A DNA stretch of 64,000 bases from an uncultured Clostridia bacterium (GCA_963558245.1 CAUWGA010000005.1:813-64812); one strand, 5' to 3'; shown: positions 44,371 through 56,805, numbered from the stretch's first letter. The notes: generated from the letters alone by a model not told the origin. A program made the numbers and translations.

Positions 44371-45750
44371 CTATTTTATATTTTTTAATATTTTTTTCAC
44401 TCTATTAATTTGAAAATTCACTTGATGTTCAGCTGGTCCTCCTATTACGTCTCTTTTGTTTACGCAATTTATTAAATCAATTGCATCAAAAATATCATTT
44501 TCAAATTTTTGACTATATTTTTTGTATTCTTCAATTTTTAAATCTTCTAATGTTTTATTATTTTCGATACAATATTTTACTAAGTTTCCTGTTATTTTAT
44601 ATGCGTCACGAAATGGAATTTTTTTAGAAACTAAATAATCTGCGCAATCTGTTGCATTTATAAATCCTTTTGCTGATGCAAATTTCATATTTTCTTTTTT
44701 TACAGTCATTGTTTGCATTAATGGTATTAAGGTTGTAATACATAATTTTACTGTATCTAGTGCATCAAAAATTGCTTCTTTATCTTCTTGCATATCTTTA
44801 TTATAAGCAAGAGGTGTTCCTTTCATAACGGTTAGCATTGCCATAAGGTCTCCATAAATTCTACCTGTTTTGCCTCTAATTAGTTCTGTTATATCTGGAT
44901 TTTTCTTTTGTGGCATTATAGAAGAACCTGTTGCAAATGCATCATCTAATTCTATAAATTTGAATTCCCATGATGACCACATAATTATTTCCTCACTTAT
45001 TCTTGATAAATGCATCATTATTATTGATATATCTGATAATAGTTCTATTACATAATCTCTATCTGAAACACCATCTAAACTGTTGTTAGTTATTTTTGAA
45101 AAGTTAAGTTCCTTTGCTTCAAATTCTCTGTCTAAATTATAGGTTGTTCCAGCTAAAGCACAGCTCCCTATTGGTGATATATCTGTTCTACAATATGTTT
45201 GTTCTAATCTTTCTAAATCACGCAAAAACATCTCTACGTATGCCATTAGATGATGTGCAAATGTTATTGGTTGTGCTCTTTGTAAATGTGTATATCCTGG
45301 CATAATTGTTTTTACATTTTCTTCTGCTTTTTCAATAAATGTTAATATTAGTTCTTTTAATTCTTTTTTTATTACTACTATTTCATCTTTTAAATACATT
45401 TTGATATCTAATGCTACTTGGTCGTTTCTACTTCTTGCTGTATGCAATTTTTTTCCACTTTGACCAATTCTTTTAGTTAGTTCCGCTTCTACAAACATGT
45501 GTATATCTTCTGATTTTACATCGAATCTTAATTTCCCAGTTTCTATATCTTCTAAAATTTCTTTTAATCCATCTACAATTTTAACTTCATCTTCTTTTTC
45601 TATTATTTTTTGTTTTGATAACATTTTTGCATGTGCTATACTACCTTTTATATCTTGTTTATACATTTTATAATCAAATTTTATCGAAGAATTAAAATCA
45701 TTAGTTCTTGAGTCTATTTCTTTTTCAAATCTTCCATCCCACATTGCCAT
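44371..45750 (-). CDS. argH: Argininosuccinate lyase
   Basis: MWDGRFEKE N-terminus and GSSIMPQKKNPD signature. Confidence 0.92.
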   Translation of the reverse strand: MAMWDGRFEKEIDSRTNDFNSSIKFDYKMYKQDIKGSIAHAKMLSKQKIIEKEDEVKIVDGLKEILEDIETGKLRFDVKSEDIHMFVEAELTKRIGQSGKKLHTARSRNDQVALDIKMYLKDEIVVIKKELKELILTFIEKAEENVKTIMPGYTHLQRAQPITFAHHLMAYVEMFLRDLERLEQTYCRTDISPIGSCALAGTTYNLDREFEAKELNFSKITNNSLDGVSDRDYVIELLSDISIIMMHLSRISEEIIMWSSWEFKFIELDDAFATGSSIMPQKKNPDITELIRGKTGRIYGDLMAMLTVMKGTPLAYNKDMQEDKEAIFDALDTVKLCITTLIPLMQTMTVKKENMKFASAKGFINATDCADYLVSKKIPFRDAYKITGNLVKYCIENNKTLEDLKIEEYKKYSQKFENDIFDAIDLINCVNKRDVIGGPAEHQVNFQINRVKKILKNIK

Positions 45751-45786
45751 GTCATTTCCCCCTTTCTATCTTTTACTTTTTATTTG

Positions 45787-47013
45787 TTATATTTTTTCTA
45801 TTTTATTTTTCTTTTCCATTTTTGCTTTTATTTTTGTTGGTAATGCATATAAGTTTATAAATCCTGCTGAATCTTTTTGATCATAGTCGTCATCTTCGCC
45901 AAATGAAGCTGTTTGTACTGAATATAAAGAATATGAACTTTCTAAACCATTTGGTATTATATTTCCTTTATATAATTTTAGTCCTACTTTTCCTGTAACA
46001 TTTTCTTGTGTTTTATCTACAAATGCTTCTAATGCTTCTCTTAATGGAGTGTACCATTTAGCATCATATAAAATTTCTCCCATTTTAGCAGATATTCCTT
46101 GTTTATAATGCATTGTTTCTTTATCCAAGCATATTGTTTCTAATAAAGAATGTGCTTTATATATAATTGTTCCTCCTGGTGTTTCATATACTCCCCTTGA
46201 CTTCATTCCTACTAATCTATTTTCTACTAAATCTAAAATTCCTATTCCGTTTTCTCCACCTATTTTATTTAGTTTTTCTATCATCTCTACTAAATTCATT
46301 TTTTCTCCATTTAATGCAACTGGCAATCCTTTTTCAAATTCTAGTTCTATTGTTGTTTCTTTATCTTTAGCTTTTTGTGGAGTTACTCCCATTTCTAATA
46401 TTTTATCGTAGTTTGGTACATTTGCAATATCTTCTAGGTCTAGTCCTTCATGAGATAAGTGCCATAAGTTTTTATCTTTTGAATAGTTTGTTTCTCTATT
46501 TATTTTTAAAGGAATTTTGTGGTCTTCCGCATATTGTATTGCATCTTCTCTACTTTTTATATTCCATTCTCTCCAAGGTACTATTACTGGCATATCTGGT
46601 TCAAATGATTTTATTGCTAATTCAAATCTTACTTGATCATTTCCTTTTCCTGTACATCCATGACATATGGCGTCTGCACCTTCTTTTTTAGCTATTTCTA
46701 CTAATTTTTTAGCAATTAATGGTCTTGTAAAAGGTGTTCCTAGTAAATATACACCTTCATATGTTGCTCCAGCCTTAATTGCTGGTGCTACATAATCGTT
46801 TACCATTTCTTCTTTTAAATCTAACACATATAGTTTTGATGCTCCTGTCTTTTTGGCTTTTTCTTCTAATCCTTTTAACTCATAATCTCCTTGTCCTACA
46901 TTTCCTGTTACTGCTATTACTTCACAATTATTGTAATTTTCTTTTAACCATGTAATTATTATTGATGTGTCTAATCCCCCTGAATATGATAATACTATTT
47001 TTTTATAATTCAT
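45787..47013 (-). CDS. argG: Argininosuccinate synthase
   Basis: [11 protein letters not shown] and [13 protein letters not shown] motifs. Confidence 0.92.
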   Translation of the reverse strand: MNYKKIVLSYSGGLDTSIIITWLKENYNNCEVIAVTGNVGQGDYELKGLEEKAKKTGASKLYVLDLKEEMVNDYVAPAIKAGATYEGVYLLGTPFTRPLIAKKLVEIAKKEGADAICHGCTGKGNDQVRFELAIKSFEPDMPVIVPWREWNIKSREDAIQYAEDHKIPLKINRETNYSKDKNLWHLSHEGLDLEDIANVPNYDKILEMGVTPQKAKDKETTIELEFEKGLPVALNGEKMNLVEMIEKLNKIGGENGIGILDLVENRLVGMKSRGVYETPGGTIIYKAHSLLETICLDKETMHYKQGISAKMGEILYDAKWYTPLREALEAFVDKTQENVTGKVGLKLYKGNIIPNGLESSYSLYSVQTASFGEDDDYDQKDSAGFINLYALPTKIKAKMEKKNKIEKI

Positions 47014-47045
47014 TTTTTTACCTCCTATAAATTCAATATTTCGAT

Positions 47046-47328
47046 GATTAGTAATTTACATACAAAAAGAGCGCCTCCTGCAAAGAGACGCTCATATAAA
47101 CGTGGTACCACTCTAATTATTTATATATTTTGATTATATATAAATCACTCTTCTCTGTAACGCTGAGCCTGCGGACTACGATACTAAATTTTTATTTTTC
47201 CCATAGTCACTCATAAGTTCTTTTCACTTTGTATTCCACATGTTAGCTCTCACTCTACCTAACTCGCTGTTGCTTCTATGCAAAGTTACTCTCTTAATCA
47301 TCGATTTTCTTATTTACATAATGTTTAC
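47046..47328 (-). promoter_or_regulatory. T-box leader (tRNA-sensing riboswitch) with probable AGA (Arg) specifier, controlling argG-argH
   Basis: On the minus strand: stem I start AUCGAUGAUUAAGAGAGUA, AG bulge and distal loop CAGCGAGUUAGGUAGAGUGAGAGC, specifier loop GAAA-AGA-A (AGA at 47221-47219), and T-box sequence AAUUAGAGUGGUACCACG (47118-47101). A terminator GAGCGUCUC...GAGGCGCUCUUUUU sits at 47098-47067. Confidence 0.75.
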
Positions 47329-47334
47329 TTTTTT

Positions 47335-47363
47335 AGTATAACAAATTTACCACAAGTTGTCAA
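47335..47363 (-). promoter_or_regulatory. Sigma-A promoter for the T-box/argGH transcript (TTGACA-17-TATACT)
   Basis: On the minus strand, TTGACA lies at 47363-47358 and TATACT at 47340-47335. Confidence 0.5.
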
Positions 47364-47371
47364 TATCTCTT

Positions 47372-48337
47372 TTATTCAATTTCTTCATATCTAGTTACCA
47401 TTTTTGCTCCTTGTTTTATTAAATCATTTGTTCCTACTGATGTTATTGAATTAATATTTCCTGGAGTTACATACACATCTTTTCCTTGTTCTAAGGCATA
47501 ATCTACAGTAATTAGTGTTCCACTTTTTTCCTTTGCTTCTATCACTAACACACCTTTGGACATTCCACTTATAATTCTATTTCTTGCTGGAAAATTTATT
47601 TTTTCTGGCTTAGTTCCTAATGGATATTCCGAAATGATTGCTCCTCCTGATTTTATAATTTTTTCTTCTAATTTTTTATTTTCTTTTGGATATATATTAT
47701 CCAGTCCGTTACCTACAACAGCTATAGTTTTAGCACAAAAATTTGCATTAGTTTTTACATTTAATTTTTTTATAAATTGTTTATCTATAACTTTTTTATC
47801 TAATTTTTTTCTTTTTAAATATTTTTCTTCTTCTGTTGCTATAATATTTCCCAAATGAGCATAACTATCTATTCCTTTAGCTAATCCGCTTATAATATTT
47901 ATACCTTTTTTAGATAAATTATATGAAAAATATTTACTTGCTTTTTTCCCATATTCACTAGCATCTCTACATCCTACAATTGCTATTGATTTATTATTTA
48001 AAATTTCTTTATTTCCTTTTATATATAAACTAATTGGCATATCATATATCAATTTTAGTGATTGAGGATAATTTTTATCTTCTATTGTTATTATATCTAT
48101 GTTGTTTTTTTGCATATATTCAATATGCATATACACTTGATTTTTATTATTTCTATTTAAAATATTTTCTACATCTTTAGAATTTATTTTTGGTATTTTT
48201 AATAAATCCTTTTGTTTTGCTTCATATATTTTTCTTGGTGTTTTATAAAATTCTAAAAGATTTTGTTTTTTTATACTTCCTAGACCTTTTATTAAACTTA
48301 GCCATATCCAATATATTTTTTCTTCTACATTTATCAA
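47372..48337 (-). CDS. dprA: DNA processing protein DprA (Smf)
   Basis: SGLAKGIDSYAH, GNGLDNIYPKEN and GTLITVDYALEQGKDVYV motifs. Contains an extra ~35-aa K-rich insertion between the first two. Confidence 0.85.
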   Translation of the reverse strand: MINVEEKIYWIWLSLIKGLGSIKKQNLLEFYKTPRKIYEAKQKDLLKIPKINSKDVENILNRNNKNQVYMHIEYMQKNNIDIITIEDKNYPQSLKLIYDMPISLYIKGNKEILNNKSIAIVGCRDASEYGKKASKYFSYNLSKKGINIISGLAKGIDSYAHLGNIIATEEEKYLKRKKLDKKVIDKQFIKKLNVKTNANFCAKTIAVVGNGLDNIYPKENKKLEEKIIKSGGAIISEYPLGTKPEKINFPARNRIISGMSKGVLVIEAKEKSGTLITVDYALEQGKDVYVTPGNINSITSVGTNDLIKQGAKMVTRYEEIE

Positions 48338-48599
48338 ATAAAATTTTCTCCTTGTATAATATATTTAGGTTTTTAATAGGTTACCCATAAACCTTATTTC
48401 TATTTATAAATCTATATATAGCATTTTTCTTTATTAGCCAATTTTATATAGTAAAATTGGTTATATTATTTTTTAATTCTTTTTTTATAACTAAAAAGAG
48501 CATTATAAATAATGCCCCTATTATAATATATTTTATTTCCCCATTTCTACTTTTTTATTATGATAGTATTACATAAAATTTAATGACTATAATTAAATT

Positions 48600-49451
48600 T
48601 TAGATGTTATTTTGTTGTATTGTTGCTTTTATTACATTATTCATAAGCATTGCTATTGTCATTGGACCAACTCCTCCTGGAACTGGTGTTATATAGCTTG
48701 CTCTTTCCTTTACATTTTCAAAATCAACATCTCCAACTAATTTTCCATTTTCATCTCTGTTAATTCCTACATCAATTACAATTACTCCATTTTTTATCAT
48801 ATCTGATGTTACAAATTTAGGTTTACCTATTGCTGAAATTATTATATCAGCTTGTTTTGTATATTCGTCTAAATTTTTAGTTTTAGAATGACACACTGTA
48901 ACCGTTGCATGTTTTTGCAAACAGCATTGAATTAATGGTTTTCCAACTATATTGCTTCTTCCTAATATTACCACATTTTTGCCTGTCAAGTCAATGTTAT
49001 ATTCCTCAAACATCTTCATTACACCATATGGTGTACAAGAAATAAATGTATCTTCTCCTATACATAATTTTCCTACACTTGATGGTGTAAATCCATCTAC
49101 ATCTTTGGCATATGTTATTGCCTTAAATGCTTCATTTATATCTAAATGTTGTGGTATTGGGCTTTGTAATAAAATTCCATTTATACTTTTATCTTCATTT
49201 AGTTTTTTTATCAATTTTATTAATTCTTCTTGGGTTGTATCTTCTTCTAATAAATATTCTTCATATAGGATTCCAACTTCATTGCATGCTTTGCTTTTAT
49301 TTTTCACATATACTTTAGATGCAGGATTATCTCCAACCATTATTACTGCTAGTTTTGGTTGAATATGTTTATTTATTAATTCTTCACACTTTTCTTTCAA
49401 TTCCATTCTAATTTTTTTAGCTAATGTTTTTCCATCAATTATTGTTGCCAT
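48600..49451 (-). CDS. folD: Bifunctional methylenetetrahydrofolate dehydrogenase/cyclohydrolase
   Basis: VGDNPASKVYVKNK, GRSNIVGKP and PVPGGVGPMT motifs. Confidence 0.92.
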   Translation of the reverse strand: MATIIDGKTLAKKIRMELKEKCEELINKHIQPKLAVIMVGDNPASKVYVKNKSKACNEVGILYEEYLLEEDTTQEELIKLIKKLNEDKSINGILLQSPIPQHLDINEAFKAITYAKDVDGFTPSSVGKLCIGEDTFISCTPYGVMKMFEEYNIDLTGKNVVILGRSNIVGKPLIQCCLQKHATVTVCHSKTKNLDEYTKQADIIISAIGKPKFVTSDMIKNGVIVIDVGINRDENGKLVGDVDFENVKERASYITPVPGGVGPMTIAMLMNNVIKATIQQNNI

Positions 49452-49503
49452 TTCTTTCTCCTTTTTTATTAGGTTTATATATTTTTTTGTTTAATTTTTA
49501 TTA

Positions 49504-50169
49504 TTAATCATTAGTAATATCTCCATTTCCATCAAGAGAAATCTTTTCTCCTAAAAAAGTTGGCATTGGTTTTGTTATACATTTTAATACATCTTTATCT
49601 CTTGCAAATATTTCTCTGATTTCTCTTATAAATTGCCCTGGATAAATTCTTAAATTAGAAGCTACTCCATAAGAATCTATTTCTACTTTCTTTGAAATAT
49701 ATAAAGCTCTATATAAATGATATTTTTGAGTAACTATAACCATTTTATTTGCACCAAAAATTTCTTTAGCTCTATACACACTATCATATGTTGAAAATCC
49801 TGCATGGTCCATAAAAATGTCTTTTGAAGGTACTCCTTCTTTGATAGCATATTCTTTCATTATAGCTACCTCGTTATAATCTTTTTTACTATGGTCTCCA
49901 CTCATTATAATTTTAGGTGCAATTTTTTGTTTGTATAAGCTAATTCCTTGTTTTAGTCTATCTTCTAGCATTGGACTTGGCTTGTCTCCCCAAATGCCTG
50001 CCCCAAGTATTAAAATACAATCTGCTTCTTTTATATTTTCACTTTGCTTTTCTGAAACAATTTTATTTTTAGTAGATATTATTACATAAAAATTTACTAC
50101 TAATATTAATAATACAAATATACAAAATATAATAAACATAATTATTAGTCCTTTTCTTACTTTATTCAT
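49504..50169 (-). CDS. SanA/YdcF-like DUF218 membrane-anchored protein
   Basis: N-terminal TM helix. Motifs ILILGAGIWGDKPSPMLEDRL and VTQKYHLYRALYI. Confidence 0.7.
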   Translation of the reverse strand: MNKVRKGLIIMFIIFCIFVLLILVVNFYVIISTKNKIVSEKQSENIKEADCILILGAGIWGDKPSPMLEDRLKQGISLYKQKIAPKIIMSGDHSKKDYNEVAIMKEYAIKEGVPSKDIFMDHAGFSTYDSVYRAKEIFGANKMVIVTQKYHLYRALYISKKVEIDSYGVASNLRIYPGQFIREIREIFARDKDVLKCITKPMPTFLGEKISLDGNGDITND

Positions 50170-50195
50170 ATACTACACATCCATCTTTTATACAT

Positions 50196-50456
50196 TTATT
50201 CACTATAAATTGCTTTATATTCTATATCTTCCATATACGGAAACATTTCTTTCACCCTTTTTAATGTAAGCATTGACATTTTAGGTTGAGGATTTTTTTT
50301 ATGGTCTGATAGTAATTTTTGTGTATAACAATTTTCTGCAGTTTTAAATAATAAATATCTATTTCCTACATAGGTATAATAAATTTGATATCCGTCTCTT
50401 AAATCACACCACATTTTTTCAAAAGTATATTCTTCCATATTATTCCTTTCTAACAA
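50196..50456 (-). CDS. Hypothetical protein (about 80 aa)
   Basis: ORF only. Confidence 0.4.
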   Translation of the reverse strand: MLERNNMEEYTFEKMWCDLRDGYQIYYTYVGNRYLLFKTAENCYTQKLLSDHKKNPQPKMSMLTLKRVKEMFPYMEDIEYKAIYSE

Positions 50457-50488
50457 TAGTTTTATTTAATCACTTTTTTTATAACTAA

Positions 50489-52498
<2,010 letters not shown>

Positions 52499-52591
52499 TT
52501 AATTTGCTTATAAATTCTTTAATTATTATATACAATTTCGGAAAAAAAATAAAGGAATTTATAAAAATTCCTTTACTTTATATTTATTATC

Positions 52592-53269
52592 TTATTCTGC
52601 TCTTGCAAGTATAATTAATCTAGCTTTACTATTATCTGTACATGTTGATAAACTAACTTCTGGTTTTCCTCCTGTATCTCTTTGATAAAAGTCTGTATCT
52701 GATTCAGTTGTTTCAAATTTATCATAAATTGTGTATGTTAGTTTTTTTCCTGAATTATCTGTTATGTATATTTTATCTCCATTTTTTAGTTTCTTATTAT
52801 TTGAAAAGAACATTCCATTTCTGTAATTATGTCCTATTATAACTGTGTTACCTGGTTGATTTAGTCCTGCTCCCCATTGGAATGCAACTGCTGTTTCTAT
52901 TGATTTTCTTGTTACTTTTTCAAGTACAGGATATTTAAAGTTTGTTGCTGGTATTTCCATTGTTCCTAACATTCCAAAACCTTTATACATTGGCTTTTTA
53001 TTACCAGATCCTGCTGTTTGGCTTTGTTCACTTTGAATTTGATCAAATGGATTTTCTGTGTTATTTTGATTTACATCTCCTGTATTATTGTTATTTTCTT
53101 CTCCTCCGCTAACTTCTCCTGTAAAGTTTTCTACCATTTCTGCAGCATCTTTAGATAATACATAATTTCTATAATATTCAAAAGCTAGAAATCCTAGTAG
53201 TCCTATTATTGCTATGATTACTATTACTAATATAACTGTTAGCACTTTACTATATTTACTTTCAAACAT
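52592..53269 (-). CDS. Sortase (membrane-anchored cysteine transpeptidase)
   Basis: N-terminal TM helix, a low-complexity N/Q/G linker, TVIIGHNYRNG and the LSTCTD catalytic Cys motif. Confidence 0.75.
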   Translation of the reverse strand: MFESKYSKVLTVILVIVIIAIIGLLGFLAFEYYRNYVLSKDAAEMVENFTGEVSGGEENNNNTGDVNQNNTENPFDQIQSEQSQTAGSGNKKPMYKGFGMLGTMEIPATNFKYPVLEKVTRKSIETAVAFQWGAGLNQPGNTVIIGHNYRNGMFFSNNKKLKNGDKIYITDNSGKKLTYTIYDKFETTESDTDFYQRDTGGKPEVSLSTCTDNSKARLIILARAE

Positions 53270-53405
53270 ACTTTTTACCTCCGTACAAATTTACATATAT
53301 TAATTATAACATATATATGTGAAAAAATAAAGAATTCTAAAAATCTTTTTCATTGAAACATGCACGACATTTTCCATAAGTTTTATCTTTTAGAAACAAA
53401 CTTTG

Positions 53406-53756
53406 TTAATTTGTCAGAACTTTTTCTCCTAAATCTTTTCCAGCAAGTATGTGAAAATGTAGATGCATTACTGTTTGACCTGCATCTTTACCACAATTTG
53501 AAACTACTCTATATCCAGATTGTTCTACGCCTTGTTCCTTAGCTATTTTTTTTATTGATGTAAAAATTTTTCCAATTAATTCTCTATCCTCATTTTCTAT
53601 TTCATTTATAGAAGATATGTGTTTTTTTGGAACTACTAATATATGCACTGGTGCTTCTGGATTAATATCTTTAAATGCATATACTTCTTCATCTTCATAC
53701 ACTTTAGTTGAAGGAATATCTCCTTTTATTATTTTACAAAATAGACAGTTTTCCAT
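53406..53756 (-). CDS. HIT-family (Hint-like) nucleotide hydrolase
   Basis: CLFCKI zinc motif and the HLHFHIL histidine triad. Confidence 0.88.
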   Translation of the reverse strand: MENCLFCKIIKGDIPSTKVYEDEEVYAFKDINPEAPVHILVVPKKHISSINEIENEDRELIGKIFTSIKKIAKEQGVEQSGYRVVSNCGKDAGQTVMHLHFHILAGKDLGEKVLTN

Positions 53757-53779
53757 AAAAATTCCTACCTTTCAATATT

Positions 53780-53812
53780 ATGTCCAATTGGGGACGTTTC
53801 TTAAATGGACAT
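53780..53812 (+). repeat. REP-like 33-bp repeat, copy 2 (ATGTCCAATTGGGGACGTTTCTTAAATGGACAT)
   Basis: A one-base variant of the reverse complement of 24019-24052. The termini ATGTCCA/TGGACAT are inverted repeats. Confidence 0.7.
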
Positions 53813-53840
53813 TTCATTATTAATGTCATAATTTTCCAAA

Positions 53841-53873
53841 ATGTCCACTTTGGACCAGTCTCCAATTGGATAT
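53841..53873 (-). repeat. REP-like repeat, diverged copy 3 (minus strand ATATCCAATTGGAGACTGGTCCAAAGTGGACAT)
   Basis: Shares the CCAATTGGrGAC core with copies 1 and 2, and the GGTCCAAAGTGGACAT half with the 56889-56948 hairpin. Confidence 0.55.
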
Positions 53874-53875
53874 TT

Positions 53876-55627
53876 TTATTTTATTAATACTGCTTTTATT
53901 CTTCTAACTCCTGATGAACTTGATTCTTCTTTTTTTATTTTAAATGTTCCAAGTTCATTTGTATTTTCTACGTGTGGTCCTCCACATAGTTCTTTAGATA
54001 CATCTCCTATTGTATATACTGTTACTATATCCGGATATTTTTCAATAAACATACATTCTGCTCCAGATTTTATTGCATCTTCTTTTTTCATTTCTTGTTT
54101 TTCTACCGGTAACCCTTGTTTTATCCACTCATTTACTAAATCTTCTATGTTTTTCTTTTCTTCGTCTGTTAATTTGTGGTCACAGTTAAAATCAAATCTC
54201 ATTCTATCTATAGTTATGTTTGAGCCTCTTTGATGTGCATCTGTACCTAAAACTTTTTTAATTGCAGAATTTAATAAATGTGTTGCTGTATGATATGCTA
54301 TTGTTGTTTCATTTTGTTCAGCTAATCCACCTTTAAATTTTTGTTCTGAACCTGCTCTTGATTTTTCTTGATGTTTTTTAAATAGTTCTTCAAATGTTTT
54401 TGAATCTATTTCATATCCATTTTCATTTGCAAGTTCTTTTGTAACTTCTGGTGGAAATCCATATGTGTCATATAGTTTAAATACTATATCTCCTGGTATT
54501 ATTTTTTCTTCTTGTAATTTCATAATTGCTTTTTGGAATTCTCTTTCACCATTTGATAAAGTTTTTATAAACTTATCTTTTTCCTCTATTATTACATTTT
54601 TTATGTTTTCTCTATTTTTTGTTAATTCCGGATACATTTCACTAAGATTATCAACATATATGTCTATAAGTGTTGATAATTCTGATAAATCTATTTGTAA
54701 TTTATTAATATGTCTTATCATTCTTCTTATTAGTCTTCTTAAAACATATCCTCTATCTAAATTACTTGGTCTGCCACCATCTGAAATTATCATCATACTT
54801 GAGCGTAAATGTTCTGCTATTATTCTTCTGCTCTCTATATTGTCTATTTTTTGTAATTCTTTTAATTTTTCCATAACTGGTACAAATAATTCTGTATCAA
54901 ATGGTGTTTCTTTACCTTGTAATAACATTGTCATTCTTTCTAATCCAAGTCCTGTATCAACATTTTTTTGTTTTAATTTAGTATATTTACCATTTGCATC
55001 TTTGAAATATTCCATAAAAACATTATTCCAGATTTCAACATATTTTCCACAGTCACATGAAGGTTGACAATCAGGTCCACATGCAGTTTTTCCTGTATCA
55101 TAGAACATTTCTGTATCCGGTCCACAAGGTCCTTCTTCTCCTGCTATCCACCAATTATCATCTTTTCCATAATAATATATATGTCCATCTAATATTCCCG
55201 CTTTTTTCCAAGCTTCAGCTGCAACATCATCTCTAGGGCAATCTTCATCACCTGCAAAACATGTAACAGATAATTTTTCTACTGGTATTCCTAATTCTTT
55301 TGTTAAAAATTCAAAACTCATTGCTATTGATTCTTCTTTAAAATAATCTCCTAATGACCAATTTCCAAGCATTTCAAAATATGTTAAGTGTCTGTTATCT
55401 CCAACTTCATCTATATCATTTGTTCTAACACATTTTTGATAATCTGTTAGCCTAGTTCCTTCTGGATGTGTTTCACCCAATAAATATGGTACTAATGGTT
55501 GCATACCTGCTGTTGTAAATAATACAGATGGGTCATTTTCTGGTATCAATGGTGCTGATGGAATTACTACATGTCCATGATTTTTAAAAAAATTTAAATA
55601 CTTATTTCTTATTTCAATTGCTTTCAT
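53876..55627 (-). CDS. alaS: Short-form alanine--tRNA ligase (catalytic, tRNA-recognition and editing domains; no C-Ala domain)
   Basis: 583 aa. N-terminus IRNKYLNFFKNHGHVVIPSAPLIPENDPSVLFTTAGMQP, FEMLGNWSLGDYFK and DTGLGLERM. Editing-domain motifs HTATHLL and CGGPHV. The protein ends right after the editing domain. Confidence 0.8.
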   Translation of the reverse strand: MKAIEIRNKYLNFFKNHGHVVIPSAPLIPENDPSVLFTTAGMQPLVPYLLGETHPEGTRLTDYQKCVRTNDIDEVGDNRHLTYFEMLGNWSLGDYFKEESIAMSFEFLTKELGIPVEKLSVTCFAGDEDCPRDDVAAEAWKKAGILDGHIYYYGKDDNWWIAGEEGPCGPDTEMFYDTGKTACGPDCQPSCDCGKYVEIWNNVFMEYFKDANGKYTKLKQKNVDTGLGLERMTMLLQGKETPFDTELFVPVMEKLKELQKIDNIESRRIIAEHLRSSMMIISDGGRPSNLDRGYVLRRLIRRMIRHINKLQIDLSELSTLIDIYVDNLSEMYPELTKNRENIKNVIIEEKDKFIKTLSNGEREFQKAIMKLQEEKIIPGDIVFKLYDTYGFPPEVTKELANENGYEIDSKTFEELFKKHQEKSRAGSEQKFKGGLAEQNETTIAYHTATHLLNSAIKKVLGTDAHQRGSNITIDRMRFDFNCDHKLTDEEKKNIEDLVNEWIKQGLPVEKQEMKKEDAIKSGAECMFIEKYPDIVTVYTIGDVSKELCGGPHVENTNELGTFKIKKEESSSSGVRRIKAVLIK

Positions 55628-55974
55628 TTTAAATTCTCCTTTTCTAAGTAATATTATTTACCAAAATAATTATATAATTTTTTATTCTTTATCATATATT
55701 ACTTTTCTCTTTTATACTTATACGATTATACTCTAAAAACAGCTAAAAATCAAGGTTATTTAGCATTTTTTATAAATAGAATATATGAATATATTATAAT
55801 TATTTTATAAATTCATTTAACTTTTTTAAATTAATTCTACCTTTAAAGTAGTTTTCATCAATATTTATGTATGTTATATATTTTACGTACACAAGTTTTT
55901 ATGTGTTAGAATTTCTCCTTTTATTTTTTTGCTAAAATTATATTGTAATTCACATTATTTACAAGGAGGTTAAA

Positions 55975-56196
55975 ATGAGATTTAAAAGAATTAAAGATTT
56001 ACGTGAAGATAATGATAAGTTACAAAAAGAAATTGCTTCTGTTTTAGGAATTTCTCAACAGTATTATTCCGAATACGAAAAAGGTAACAGATTAATTCCA
56101 ATCAATCATTTAATAACTTTAGCTAAATTTTATGGAACTTCCGTTGATTATATTGTCGGATTAACAGATATAAAAAATACTAAAAAAACAAGTTAA
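55975..56196 (+). CDS. XRE-family HTH regulator (73 aa)
   Basis: IKDLREDNDKLQKEIASVLGISQQYYSEYEKGNRLIPINHL. SD AAGGAGG. Confidence 0.7.
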   Translation: MRFKRIKDLREDNDKLQKEIASVLGISQQYYSEYEKGNRLIPINHLITLAKFYGTSVDYIVGLTDIKNTKKTS

Positions 56197-56250
56197 TTTA
56201 ATTATCCTATCTAAGTAATAGTTTGATATTAAAGTAACTTGTTTTTTATT

Positions 56251-56805
56251 TTATATATCCATTTGACTTCCTAAAAAAGTCGCCGCTGATTGAACAACTT
56301 TTTGTTCTACTTCTGTCATTTTTTTATTAGGTTCTTTAGACATTAATATTACTGTTCCAATTGTATCTCCATTAGATATTATAGGATAGACAATTTGTGA
56401 ATTATTCTTTTTATCTTGATTTTCATTTTTGATTATCGGCATTGCAATATTGCTATTTTCCTTACTTGTATATACTTCTTTATCTTCCATTAATTGTTCT
56501 AATTCTTTACTAATATCTTGTTCTAAATACTCCTTTTTCGACCCTCCCGATACTGCTATTATTGTATCTTTATCAGTTATGCATGCAATATGTCCAGTCG
56601 TTTTTGATAATGTTTCTGCATACCCTGATGCAAACTCTGAAAGCTCGCCTATAGGTGAATATTTTTTTAAAATTATTTGTCCTTCCCTATCAGTAAATAT
56701 CTCTAAAGGCTCTCCTTCCTTTATTCTTAAAGTTTTTCTTATTTCTTTTGGAATTACAACTCTTCCCAAATCATCTATTCTTCTTACAACTCCTGTTGCT
56801 TTCAT
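56251..56805 (-). CDS. spoVT: Stage V sporulation protein T (AbrB-family SpoVT)
   Basis: MKATGVVRRIDDLGRVVIPKEIRKTLRIKEGEPLEIF swapped-hairpin N-domain plus a GAF-like C-domain. Confidence 0.88.
   Translation of the reverse strand: MKATGVVRRIDDLGRVVIPKEIRKTLRIKEGEPLEIFTDREGQIILKKYSPIGELSEFASGYAETLSKTTGHIACITDKDTIIAVSGGSKKEYLEQDISKELEQLMEDKEVYTSKENSNIAMPIIKNENQDKKNNSQIVYPIISNGDTIGTVILMSKEPNKKMTEVEQKVVQSAATFLGSQMDI

Noticed and set aside
54465-55067. 200-aa plus-strand ORF inside the AlaRS gene
   Set aside because: It is an antisense shadow ORF. The same reasoning applies to the other plus-strand track ORFs nested in minus-strand genes, for example 2393-2788, 5620-5922, 17363-17620, 50781-51167, 51408-51770, 56429-56842 and 61350-61736.
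55628-55974. T-box leader upstream of the AlaRS gene
   Set aside because: No GGTGGTACC-type T-box sequence or stem I motifs occur on the minus strand. The region is plain AT-rich promoter DNA shared with the divergent XRE gene.
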